Positions 1 to 12,429 of a stretch of DNA of 64,000 nucleotides are shown here, piece after piece; positions within the stretch are counted from its first letter, which is position 1, and each line of letters begins with the position of its first letter. The position numbers and the translations under genes were made by a program. The DNA comes from Tubulanus polymorphus (lineage: Eukaryota; Animalia; Nemertea): positions 4,340,001 through 4,404,000 of the forward strand of contig NC_134029.1 in assembly GCF_964204645.1 (NCBI RefSeq). The letters are read 5' to 3'. Below the pieces are notes generated by a model. That model was not told the DNA's origin, searched no databases, and saw only the letters and a program-made list of their open reading frames with translations.

Positions 1-74
1 GTACACAAGTCAGTTGCTTAGTTCAGTAAAAAGACATGTCTTATTTAAGCTTTTGTGGTTTTGAATATTTTCAG

Positions 75-1164
75 TTGAATGTGATAAGGAATATGATAAT
101 GAATACTATTTTACCGCACGTGGTAGAGGTCAAAAAAGTCTTGGTAGAATCGAAAAGTCCACGCGTGTGGTTTGTAAGACATCATGCTCTGATGATGAGA
201 AGTGTGCAGCTTATATGGTATACACTGTACCACATGATGAAAGTAAAACGGAATATTGCGCCAAATACCGAAAAGTGCAGAAGGCTTATCTCCTGCGTAA
301 ATCAAATACGCAATATGAAAGTGTTATTATTGGAACAAAATGTCAAGAAGGTTAGTACATATAGAAATGATACAAATTACGCATGAAATCAAATATCAGT
401 TTAACTTCAAAATGATACCCAATCTTATTTGCAGGAAAGTCGCAACCGAAAATCATCCAATTGTCCGTAAGTTTATCAACAAAGAAAATGATAGGTGTTA
501 ACATATGAACTTGATCGTTAAACAAGATAAAAAATTTAATGCAGATGATACGTTCTTGCAGACAGCGCCATGTCGTTGTACTGGTGGCAGAAGTCTTGTT
601 CACTTTATCAAAATAAAAGAACGTTATCATTAGCTTTTTATTGTGTTTTAGAAACGAAGCGATGAAGAGGGAAGTGATGAAGATTCTGTTCCTCGCCGTA
701 AGTTGTTTCTATGCCACATATTGTTTTAAACTCCCGATTGTGTCCATCCAAAATATTATGATCAGATTGTATTGATTCTCTCTATTTTCAGTTGATTGCG
801 GAGTACCTAAGAAAAACTATTATATCGCAAAAGATGAAATGGCGCAATTAGGACATGTGGAGAAAGGTATGACAGAATGCGCTGAAGAATGTCTTCCAGA
901 TCACCAGTGCGCTGCAATAATGATATATACAGTTCCCGCCGATGATAAAGAATACTGCATGAAATTCAAACAGGCGAATAAAGTTTATCCATTGAGCGCC
1001 TCGAAAGGAAAATATACAAGCGCTTCAGTTATCGTCAAATGTGGTGATGGTAAGAATGATTTATCAATTAGGCGGAACCGTTTACATTGACATGTTCTTA
1101 TAGTAATTGGATTTTTGCTGTTTTTGTAATTGCAGCTCAAGAAGGCCCGGAAATTGTGGAATAG
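75..1164 (+). CDS. PAN/apple-domain repeat protein, 3' part (5' end outside window). Exons about 75-350, 435-466, 652-697, 792-1049, 1136-1164
   Basis: Two paralogous phase 1-1 exons each encode a 6-Cys module with the PAN pattern C..CxxxCxxxxxCxA..Y..C..C (CKTSCSDDEKCAAY; CAEECLPDHQCAAI). GT-AG sites splice in frame through two micro-exons (GKSQPKIIQLS; KRSDEEGSDEDSVPR). TAG at 1162-1164; AATAAA near 1569. Confidence 0.7.
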
Positions 1165-1650
1165 CTCTTATCGTAAGTATTTGTCATTCGCCTTCAATCC
1201 ACATTGTGATTGTAATTTCTTACTATGGACGGACTTTCTATACGAATGTTCACTTTCAGACGGATGGGACTGAAATGGCCGATTTCGTGATTTCTTTAAC
1301 TCTGTAAAGAACAGCCTGTAAAATTACTGCATTCGTTTCTTATTTTTGGTGAAATCATCATTTTCGTGCATTTCAGGAAAGTCAAGTTGATGAAACTCAA
1401 AACATGCCGAGTTGAGAATAACCGCAACAAAATAGAAATACAGATCACTTCATGAAACCTTCGTGATAAACTCTAGATGATACCTGATAACGCGGTTTTG
1501 ATTTTGTTGAAATATTGCCGAAAAATAATTCTTCGTTGTGTTTGAATTGTTTGGTTTAGACATGAAAAAATAAACTACCTAGTTAATCTAACTGAATTTA
1601 TTTTCGAAACCAAATTTCTCACAATCAAACGGTGATTTGCGGAACATTAA

Positions 1651-3746
1651 TCAAAATGAAACCCACTTCTTGTAGTTGAATTTGTTTGAGCCGGGATCTT
1701 CGCATTTTTTCGTGATGCAGACCATGTGTTTTAAAGCAGTAGGATTATCTGTAATAAAGATGACGCATCCATACATTGAAATTCAATTCAAATGTTCTAT
1801 GGCTATAGATACTTTGAATGTAAAAATAACTAGGCCAGTAGAAATTTCGAAGCAAACAAAAATTGATTTACTTTGCCATTCTGTGTCTTGACAGTAAGCT
1901 TGACGAATGTTCACGATATCGAAATAACTTGATGAAGGTTTTTGGTTGTACATAGCGACAATATCAGGCTCCTTTTCGCCGAGTTCGGTCAGTTTTGTGT
2001 TGACTTTCTCAACGATATTTTCCTTTAGGACAAAATTGTTCTTCGTGTAAATTCTCAAAGCGGACATTATGTTATACGGTGTCTTGAAGTAGAAGTTGTC
2101 GTCTGGGAACTTTGCCAACAGTTTTTGAGCTCCGCTGCCTACAATATGATTGGGTATTAAGATTCTAAAGGAGATGAAGACTCACCTTCACAGAAATAAT
2201 TGCCACCGTTTTTCCATTAGTGTTTCACGCAGAGTACGGTGTTTATATAACTGATAAAACGTTAGAATATGTCACCAAAACGGGATCCTACTAATGAGTT
2301 AGATGCGTAAAAGTTATGAACAATGAATTTACGTACAATTTACCCAACCCTTCATGCTCGTTTCCACAAATGTATCTCTTATCGGTCTATTAGTCTGTTT
2401 CATCAGTCCAAGTCGTTTGAACATAGCGCTGTTGAAGCCATCCTGGTCTCTTAGTAAATCACACGGGCCTTTGTAGGTGGACGTCAGACGTATTTCGTTA
2501 AATCTACTGCCGGCATTTCCACTGTAATACGACCCACATAAGGTACTGAAAATAAATTTATTCGAGAAAATGAATTTGGGAAATTGATTGCACATATTGG
2601 TTCAAATCCCTTTAATCTATCTGTTGATTTTAATCTTTATTTTTCGTCAGGAAAAATTGTCAAAAGACATTCCGATAACTAATCCTGTTTTAGGTTGCCT
2701 TGAAAAACTTATTGCTTAGTACTGTCTACAATAAATAATGATATAAATCATGTCATATTAATGATCAACAAAGATATTTTGGATTTGAATATATTGATAA
2801 TTGAATTGAATTGACTGGCAAACAGTCTAGCCCCGATATACTGATGCCGTAGTGCACCTCTCAAAAATTACTAAAATTTACCAAAAATAAGATTAGAGTT
2901 ATGGAATATCGGTATGGAATATATGGAATATATTTGATAACAAATGAATGCCAAAATTCGCAGTTATAATTGTCTACTTGCACAGAAGCCCTTGAATAAA
3001 GCATATTTACTAATTATCAATGTATGTAAACATTATTGTAGGCCATTATTGTAGGACGGTTTTTTACGTCGAAGTACTAACCCTTTCAATTTGAATGTGA
3101 TGAAATTGTTACCCGGAGTTCGCGCTTCATCGTTTTTCGGTATGAATCCGATGCAGGGTTTGTTGCTGCCCTTGATTTTACCGATTATGTTTTTGAAACC
3201 ATTCAATCGATCTTGTAAATCGTCCCGATCCTTTTTCGCTGAATAAGTAATCATTCAATCACTTTTAATCATAAGACAATCGTAGAGGAAAGCCATCATA
3301 AATGAAATGACGATTTTTTTGTTAATGCTTACATAAATCTTCGTCAACGACATACTCAATTCGAGAGGCATCACCCCAAAGTTTTTGATTGGCATCAGGA
3401 TTATAGCTTCCAGAAACCTATGAATATCATTCCAATTTATTCTACTTCTTTATGCAATTCAGCGAGAGCAAAAATTAAAGATGAATTAACGGCTTAGAAC
3501 CGATACAAAGATGCCGTCAAAATACTGATGAATTGTGACCAAATATATATATATTACTATTACGTAAAACAGAAGCCTAGGGCTGTACAAAAAAGCAAGA
3601 ATTCGTCATGTTTGAGGAAGAAAAAGGCTTACTCCACAATGTCCACCAAGCGCAGAATACCGATTATTATGATCATTTGAAAATACCTGATAAATGCAGA
3701 ACAGAGCGAGCACGGCGGCGAAAACGTGGACAGATTCCATCTTCAT
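1651..3746 (-). CDS. Secreted astacin-fold pseudo-protease, copy A (6 exons, intact)
   Basis: Spliced reading: MKMESVHVFAAVLALFCIYQ | VSGSYNPDANQKLWGDASRIEYVVDEDL | SKKDRDDL...PCIGFIPK...FITFKLK | GTLCGSYYSG...GPC...FNSAMFKRLGLMKQTNRPIRDTFV...WVN | CSGAQKLL...TPYNIMSALRIY...FDIVNIRQAYCQ | NNPTALKHMVC...WVSF*. Collinear with astacin (M12A) motifs; all introns GT-AG with consistent phases. Confidence 0.8.
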
Positions 3747-4229
3747 CCATCGAATGATTTCAACCACGGAAATCTACATCTTTTATGCAAATCGCACCCC
3801 AATACTTAATACCCGTGCTTCACCAGCTTATGATTCGTGAATTGCTAAATATAATCCAGTTAGTCTAGCATTTATTTTCAAACCGAATAACACGAGGCCC
3901 TTATTGATACTTTAAGTTATTATCGCAAACTCGGCGAAACAATCTGTCGATGTTAATTTTATTTCGTGGTGAGTTCGTGGCATACTAGTTGAGGTGATTT
4001 CCATTTACTAAGGGTTAATTATTAGTAATTTGCCGAAAAAACAGTTATATCCTCAACCTTCCTATAGAATGTTTTCGATATGAATCCTATCGCTGGCGAT
4101 GAATGAATACGAAATCACATTCACTTATGATACAATCGATGAGGAAAATCATCTCCGTAAATACGATATATACAATATCATATAACATACAACAAATGAG
4201 AACAACAATTATAGTTTTCTATTTTCTTT

Positions 4230-4619
4230 TCAACGACATACTCAATACGAGAGGCGTTGATTGGCATCAGGTTTATAACCAGAAATCTGATTGATAATAT
4301 AGTATACGGCATTGGATCAGCATGGTAGAAAAACTCATTGATGAAACTAAAAAGATGTTTCAACTCAAGATAATACGTGAAACATCAAATGATAAAAAAA
4401 AATCTTGCAAAAATTACTCGAACTGTTTTGGAAAAAAAGCATTCAAACAAAAGATAAAGGAGAAAAACATTAAATGACAAAAACATATAGGCCCTAGATT
4501 GTTTAGAGGTTGGAATAGACCACATGCCTTCATGGTACTAGGTTATCATGTGAAAATACCTGATGAATGCAAAACAGAGCGAGCACGGCGGCGAGAACGT
4601 GGAAAGATTCCATCTTCAT
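4230..4619 (-). pseudogene. Truncated pseudo-astacin copy D (signal-peptide exon plus internally deleted exon 2)
   Basis: 4560-4619 matches exon 1 of copies A/B/C. About 4230-4290 matches exon 2 but lacks the KLWG segment. No exon 3-6 homology seen between it and copy A. Confidence 0.7.
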
Positions 4620-7164
4620 CTATCGAATGATTTCAACCACAGAAAAATCTTCATCTTTTATGCAAATCGGGCCGTAACAATTGTAACTTTAATAATTACG
4701 ATTAGAAACGATTTTCAATTAAAATAAATCACAAGTGCTTTGAATCACAATACATGTACACGCCGAACAAAGATTACATTCAATAAATCGGCCAATCTAA
4801 TTTCTATCAAACAATGCAGCACCAGGCCCTTTTGGAGACCTGTGGTCACTTTTTAACATATCAAACCAGAGCGCGAAGAATAGAAGCAGCTTAATCCTAT
4901 ATACATCGATATTTACTCTAATAATATTACAATATTGCAAAATCGGGTTAAGCTCGTTTCAATCGATTAAACACTACTATAACACCAGGCTCTTGTTTGG
5001 GGGAAAGCATTCAGCTATTCCGAGTAAAGTCGTTTAAGCCTTTGAAAATCTTATCAAGTGATACAAATCAGGGAAATTCAGGTTTCAGCTTTTTCACAGA
5101 AAACCTTTTTCATTACATTCTTCCAAATTATTGTCGTTATGCTCATTATTTCCCCCTTTCCACGCAGTTGATCCCCAAAAGTCAGTAAAAGCTTAGCAAG
5201 GCTACTAAACTACTTAACTGATTCCTACCAAATTATCTCGGATTTTGCTTTTAACCCAATAACCACAGATTTCAACTATACTGACCTCTTCGGTTCGGCC
5301 CCAGGGGCATGAAGTAATTTGTATAGGATTGTATAAGTTTTATCAAAAATACGTATGTATATTTGGTTTTATGAATATTGCATTGCTACCTGCCTGCCTA
5401 GGGTCTATAAAAGTATGGAATATATTGGTCAAGAGGAGATTGAAAACCACTTTTAGAGTGTTGTTGTTGTATGGTAAATGGTCAATACAGATGATGTCGG
5501 TTTGTTTATTTTACGTACCGATCATTAGATCGGTAGGTTACCCCTTCGTCAGCATTCTTATCGGTGTATAAAACAAACCGAGAAATGTCACCATGACATA
5601 TGATAGCGTCCTGGTAAAGTTTCAGAATGCCGCACTCTGGATTAAGAGATCGAATACTGTTCTGTTCGATATTGTCTAGTTCCACGACGTATCTGTACTG
5701 CAACATTGTTATCAATGTCTAGAATAACAAGTCTAGTTCACGTATCTTTTTATTTCTAAAATGAAATAAAGGATTCAATGTTTAATTATTTTCTTCGTCT
5801 TACTTTAAACTTTAATGTTCGCCAGTACCAATGCAGGGCTATTTGATTATACAGAAAATACCGCTAATGGATTCCACATTCTAAGTGTTATCTAATGAAT
5901 CGTCAAATGTATATAGGCCTGTGTGTATAGTATCTTCTGAGGCCTATCTAATATTTCGTAGCGTTGGAGAACTAAAAAGAACTAAAATTAAATTATCTCG
6001 TTGAGCTCAGATTTACATTTACAACACATATCTTATTTCGGCTACAAAAATATTTCAGATAGTTTCCATGTCCGTCAGTGCCATCATTCGGTTCGAATTC
6101 AAATGAAAAAGAACTTGGTTTTCACCCCAACAACTAAGAAATCGCCGTTTTGGGTTATGAGTCCGATACACGTCATTTCAAGTTAACTGTTATTGGATAG
6201 TCTCACATCGCACTGGTTCGAACTCTTATCGAAAAAAATGTGTAGTGTCCAAATGTGACATAACACACCGACGTAGTTGTACCAGACATATCAGGTTCGA
6301 ACCCGACGATAAAAATTATATTCATGTCTATTCAACTCCCAAAGGTTAGCATATCTATGATGCTACTAGGCAGAAACCAGTTATCTCTGCTTTGCAGCTA
6401 AGTTTGTATATACGATTGGAATCATATGAGTGGAATGATCATCACTATACAAGATCTACAAAAACCTTCTCACGCTCTCCCAAAACTTTCAAAATTTGGA
6501 AAATCCTATCTATATCAATTTATCATCCGGGTTGAGAATGATATCTAGGTTTTGACCTTATTTGGTTATTTCAGCTAAACTAAATACATAATTGATAACT
6601 GGATATTTTCAGTTTGGTGTTGGCCAACAGAATAATAATGATTTATAAATTTGAGAAATTATTTCAACGCAGGGCCGTACAAAGCGTTTTAACTTTTTTT
6701 GGAGGCGGAGGGGCGTAGGGCAGAAGATCCTGAAAAAGGGCAGAAATATTGGACATAACAAGATTATTCGCAAAAAGCGCTTTTCCAAAGTTTCTGCGGC
6801 AACTGCCCCCTCCCCCTGCACCCCACTAGAAACAGCCCTCATATAATGTGAAATGACCGCATCCTCACATGGTACTTTCACACGATAAAGAATTTTTTTC
6901 TATAAAAATTTTACATATCTTTAGAAAATGCTGCAGATTTTGTCTCTGTTACAATATAATCGTTCAACTAGATACGCATCAAAATCAGATTAAAGTCCAT
7001 TTTCAAAATTACATCAGATTTAAGTTCATTTAAAATCACAGCAGGTAAAAAGATCGTAAGTTTTAAAGATCTTGTTTACGTAGGTCATGATCCATTTAAC
7101 CGCGCCTCTTGGCGAATCTCTATGCGCGACACACTCTATGTCTAACTATGGAAGACCTCAGACG

Positions 7165-7245
7165 ACATACGAGATATGAGATTTAACATACGAGATATGA
7201 GATGCAACATACGAGATACGACATATGACATACGAGATACGACTT
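7165..7245. repeat. About 21-bp tandem repeat (ACATACGAGATAYGA core), about 4 units
   Basis: acatacgagatatgagattta / acatacgagatatgagatgca / acatacgagatacgacatatg / acatacgagatacgac read directly. Confidence 0.8.
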
Positions 7246-7734
7246 ATTTACAGTACGGGTGTCCGTCCGCTAGCGCCACCGCAGTGTATATTTTTCAACA
7301 TCTACTCGGCGTTGCGGCGTATACTACGACACGTGCGCAGGCAGTGGCGTATACATTTACTATGAATATCAATATGCGAAAAACGTTTCATTTGAAACGA
7401 AAAACATTTTAAAATATTCGATCAACCACTCCCGGGGACCGGCTTCTCGCTGTGACGTCAGTGGGCGGCCACTCTTAGTGTGAGACACCGATATGGTCCG
7501 GTGATTCGAGTTGGCTCCAAATACAGGGCTACAGCCCCTAAATCCACCAAAAACGCCTCAAATTCCATTTTTGAGTGTACAAAAATCCCTCAAAAAGAGT
7601 TAGCTAGCCATGGCCCCTTCAAATTGGTGGTCACTAAGAATTGCGCCTAGTCAAGGGTTTAAACTTCGCGTTCGATCGAGGGTTTTCGATGAAGAATGAA
7701 AGATGTATGTATATTACGAATAATAATATGATAT

Positions 7735-8563
7735 ATTTATTTCCACTAAATATTACAATATATCATTATACATTATAAAAAATGAAGTTGAATGAAATAG
7801 TTTAATATTAAGCAGGGGAGACTTGAAGAAGCCAGTTAAGACTTATGTCAAACGTACAAGTCCCCCAGCACGCAAAGAACCACACTCACACACGCACCCA
7901 CGCACGCACGCACACATAATAAAGTGATAGATGACAGAAACCATAATGATGAAAAACGATAAATATTACAGACACTGAGTTATTGATTGATTAGATAATG
8001 TTTTAATTTGACCTTGAATGATTGGGTACTGGTAATATGTTTCAAATATTCAGGTAGATTATTCCAAACTGTAGGACAAGATACTTTAACAGAGAATTTC
8101 ACTTTATTGGTTTTAGATCTATCGATGCGAAATGAGTTATTATTTCGAGTGGCATAACTGTGGAAATTGGTACCTTTTTGAAAATAGGAATTAAAAGAAC
8201 TAGGTAACTCTGTGTTGATGTAGTTATGCATGAATAAGGATAACTGAAATTTGGTAATATCCTTGAATTTAAGAATTTTGAGTTTTTTAAAGATAAGCTC
8301 GGTATGTTCAAGATAGGGGGACTTGTTGATAATTCTAATGGCGCGCTTTTGCAATATGATCAACGGCTTAAGGATAGTATCATAATTGCTAGCCCAAATG
8401 AGATTACAATATTGAAGGTATGGATAAACAAGGCTATAGTATAGTGAAGACAACAATTTTGAGGGAAATATCTTTTTCAATCGATTTAAAATTCCAAGAC
8501 TTCTGGCAACTTTGTTTGAAACATGTTTTATGTGGACATCCCACTTCAATTTTTCGTCTATAA
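7735..8563 (-). mobile_element. 5'-truncated non-LTR retrotransposon (CR1/L2-like), C-terminal ORF2 plus 3' UTR
   Basis: ORF 7980-8549 (LKWDVHIKHVSNKVARSLGIL...LYYSLVYPYLQYCNLIW...LQKRAIRII...HSYATR...WNNLP...FKVKLKHYL) is the typical post-RT thumb region of CR1/L2-clade LINEs. Followed by a (TG)n-like tract, a GGGGAC..CTCCCC stem-loop and AATAAA. Confidence 0.85.
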
Positions 8564-8991
8564 CGTACCGAGATAACTATATCCTTGACTTCTGAACACG
8601 AATATTGAGTGCTAGCGTATCACCACGAGCGGACGAAAGAATAACATACGCGATTAAAAACTCCCTGAATTCCATCTTTGTATTCCAAAGATTATGATGC
8701 GCGATGGACAGATTTGTTGTGAGGTGTCGCAGTCGCACAATTTCAGTTAAATTGAAATTAAAGAAGACTTTTTAGCAATCCATCGATACAGTGTAAAATG
8801 GATAAACAATGGTTTATTGTGACTGCACAGTGGTTTCACCAGTCGTGTTAAGACTCATGTGTTCAAACGATTAAGCGAATTATCCACCAAAAAACCGATG
8901 ACACACTAAAATGACTTTGGGCTGGTTGCTAGTCGATTTCTGCGCCACCTACATTCGCCAAGTCAAGCTATGGTAAGCGTATATTTTGGTG

Positions 8992-9490
8992 TACGAGTGT
9001 TCACTTTCAGACGGGTGGGGCTGAAGTGGCCGATCTCGTGATATATTCAACTATGTAACGAACTGCCTGTGATTGAACTGCAACCACTTTCAACGAAACT
9101 CAGAACATGTTCTTGATCTCGTGATATCTTGAACTCTGTAAAGAACTACCTGTAAAATGACTTCATTCGTTTCTTACACTTGGTGAAATCATCATTTCCG
9201 TTGTTTCCATACATCAAGGAAAATCAAGTTGATGAAACTCAAAACACGTAGTTGGGAATAACCGCAACAAAGTAGAAATACACTTCATGAAACTTTCTAG
9301 ATTAACTCTAGATGATACAAACCTATCTACTGATAACGCGGTTTTGATTTCTTTGAAATAGTTCCGAAATATAAATCTGCGTTGTGTTTGAAATTGGTAG
9401 ATTAGACATGAAAAAAATAAACTACCTCGTTAATCTAACTGAATTTATTTTCAAATTCAAATTTCGTACAATCAAATGGTAAATTGCGGA
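8992..9490 (+). repeat. Duplicated 3' end/UTR of the PAN gene (paralogous to about 1240-1645)
   Basis: Shared strings such as gttcactttcagacgg, tcaagttgatgaaactcaaaac, gataacgcggttttgattt and ttaatctaactgaatttattttc occur in the same order. Confidence 0.85.
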
Positions 9491-9497
9491 AGATCAT

Positions 9498-11571
9498 TTA
9501 GAATGCAACCCAGTCCTTGTAGTTGAATTTGTCTGAGCCGGGATCTTCGCAGTCTTTCTTGATGCAGACCATGTGATTTAGAGCAGTAGGATTATCTGTG
9601 ATAAAATATGAAATATCCATTCACTTCCATCAATACAAACGTTTTACAATACATTCAACTATGGCTATTGATACTATGTATATAGAAATTATCTCGACCA
9701 GTAAACATTTCGAAGATAGTGCAAAAAATTTACTTTGCCATTCTTTGTCTTGACAGTAAGCTTGACGAATGTTCACGATATCGAAATAACTTGATGAAGG
9801 TTTTTGTCTGTACATAGCGACAATATCAGGCTCCTTTTCGCCGAGTTCGGTCAGTTTTGTGTTGACTTTCTCAACGATATTTTCCTTTAGGACAAAATTC
9901 TTCTTCGTGTAAACTCTCAAAGCGGACATTATGTTATACGGAGTATTGAAGTAAAAGCTGTCGTCTGGGAACTTCGCCATCAGTTTTTGAGCTCCGCTAC
10001 CTACGTAATGGTAGATTAGTTTTTATATTTTGAAGATCATCTGTCATATGCAAGAAAGATCGTTAGGCCTAACAGGTTTAATGTCTATCACTATGCCTAC
10101 AATATGGTAGGCTAATAGGTAAAATTTCAAATGATATGTTTTTTATTAGAATTTCGCCAGTAAGGTATTTTTATGGATTATGAGGCTATTCCTTGATATT
10201 TCGGAGACCAACTGATAACGAAACGACGTTAGGCTTAAGTGTAATGCTTATCACTATGCAACCAGTAAATTTCGTTCCTGCGTATGCTTGAGATAGAAGT
10301 TATGCAATACATCTAAAATTACGTACAATTTACCCAGCCCTTCATGCTCGTGTCAACAAATGTATCCCGTATCGGTCTATTAGTCTGTTTCATCAGTCCA
10401 AGTCGTTTGAACATAGCGCTGTTGAAGCCATCCTGGTCTTTCAGTAAATTACACGAGCCTTTGTAGGTGGACGTGAGACGAATTTCGTTAAATCTACTGC
10501 CGGCATTTCCACTGTAATACGACCCACAGTAGGTACTGAAAATGGAGGAATGAATCTAAGTTCCTTTGATCTGTATGTTGACGTTAATGGAAGATTTTTT
10601 TTGTAAATGCAAAATCTAAGACATTTTGTTTTAAGTCTATCAATGATATAGAAAACAAAAATACTAACCTTGACATTTTAAATGTGATGAAACTGTTGTT
10701 TGGAGTCCGCTTTTCAGATTTCAGCCTGAAACCGATGCAAGATTTCGTGCTGTCCTGTATTTTACCGATTAGCTTTTTGAAACGGTTTAATCGCCTTTTC
10801 AGATCGGTCACATTCGCTTCCGCTAGAAGGTAAAACACGGGATCATATTTCAATCAAATGACAGGAAGGAAGGAATATCCCCAAAATATATACGATATCA
10901 TTCTATAGGAACAATGAATGCAAACAACTATACATTTTCTTCAAACACTTACAGAATTCACCCTCAAGGATATACTCAACTCGAGAGGCATCACCCCAAA
11001 GTTTTTGTTTGTGATCAGGATTATAGCTTTCAGAAACCTATAAATATAGTTGCACTTCATTCTACTTCTTTACATCATTACGCAAATTCAGCGAGAGCAA
11101 AAATTAGAAATCACTTATTTTTTGAATATATCAACACAGATGGCGCTTTGAAATACTAAGTTCATTTCGAAAGGCTCAGAACATTACTAAAACTTATATA
11201 ATCTATTCAATTTATCATATCTATAACTAGAAATGATATATTTTATTAAACAAAACAATAGCTTAGATCTGAATATATTGAAATGAATAAAAAAGAAAAG
11301 AATTCGTCATGTAGGGGAGGAAAAAAGGTTACTCCAAACATATCTGAAAGCTTAGCCATTTTGAAAAAAATCGGAAATCTAAAGCACGCATTCAAAACAA
11401 ACAAATGCTGGAAGAAGAAACACAATGACAAACATAGAATTTGTCTCGAGGTAGAAATAGTCCATGCCCTCATGAATATGGTACCAGAATAATATGATCA
11501 TTTGAAAATACCTGATAAATGCAGAACAGAGCGAGCACGGCGGCGAGAACGTGGACAGATTCCATCTTCAT
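9498..11571 (-). CDS. Secreted astacin-fold pseudo-protease, copy B (6 exons, intact)
   Basis: Same exon structure as copies A and C. ATG at 11571, TAA at 9498. ORFs 10584-10853 and 9630-9980 cover exons 3 and 5. Exon 4 (about 10330-10535) has FNSAMFKRLGLMKQTNRPIRD. Confidence 0.85.
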
Positions 11572-12024
11572 CTATCGAATGATTTCAACTACGAAGATCT
11601 TCACCTTTTATGCAAATCGCATACTACATGCCTACTTAATGCTAAGCCGTACTTCAACAGATTATTTTGTGCGAATTGCTAAATATAAATCAGTTAATCC
11701 TGCATTTCTTGTCAAACTGAATAACACCAGGCTCTTTTTGATACTTAAAGGTATTATTGCAACCCCGGTGAAACAAGTAGGCCTCTTTCGTCCAATTCAT
11801 TAAATAAACGTATTTTCGAATTCGTCGTTATTCATCATAATTTCTGTTCAGCGCATGGCTTCATGCCACAACAAAACTAAATTAGTACATACGGAATCCA
11901 TTTTGAATGAATCAACAGAAATTGACAGATTGAGAATCATTACACACGAGCATAATCGAATAGAATCTTACAACAAATGATTGTTCATCAACTCTAAAAA
12001 CGGACATTCTGTAATACACGGGGT

Positions 12025-12427
12025 ACAGAAGTAAAAGTTGTCATATGGGAACTTCGCCAACAGTTTTCGAGCTCCGCTGCCTACAATATAATCGGTTACT
12101 TCGCGCGATGTTTAAGGAGGGCACCCTGCAGAAGTAATTGTAACTTTGTCCAGTGTTTCACGCAGAGTACGGTGTTTATATGACTGACGAAATTTTAGAT
12201 TATTTCACCAAAACGGCCTTTGTTAATGATTTAGATACGTAGAAGTTATATACGCTAAACTTACGTACAATTTACACAACCCTTCATGCTCGTTTCAACA
12301 AAGGTATCTCGTATAGGTCTGTTAGTCTGTTTCATCATTCGTTTGAACATAGCGCTGTTGAAGCCATCCTGGTCTTTCAGTAAATTACACGGGCCTTTGT
12401 AGGTGGATGTGGACAGATTCCACCATC
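12025..12427 (-). pseudogene. Deleted pseudo-astacin copy E (start of exon 1 fused to mid exon 4; truncated exon 5)
   Basis: Minus strand reads ...atggtggaatctgtccac|atccacctacaaaggc..., joining exon 1 to exon 4 out of frame. The LG codons are missing (FKRMMKQ) and exon 5 homology stops after about 60 nt. Confidence 0.8.
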
Positions 12428-12429
12428 TA

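Noticed and set aside
7108-8961. DNA transposon bounded by cttggcgaat/attcgccaag enclosing the LINE
   Set aside because: Only a 10-bp inverted match, with no TSD or extended TIR visible.
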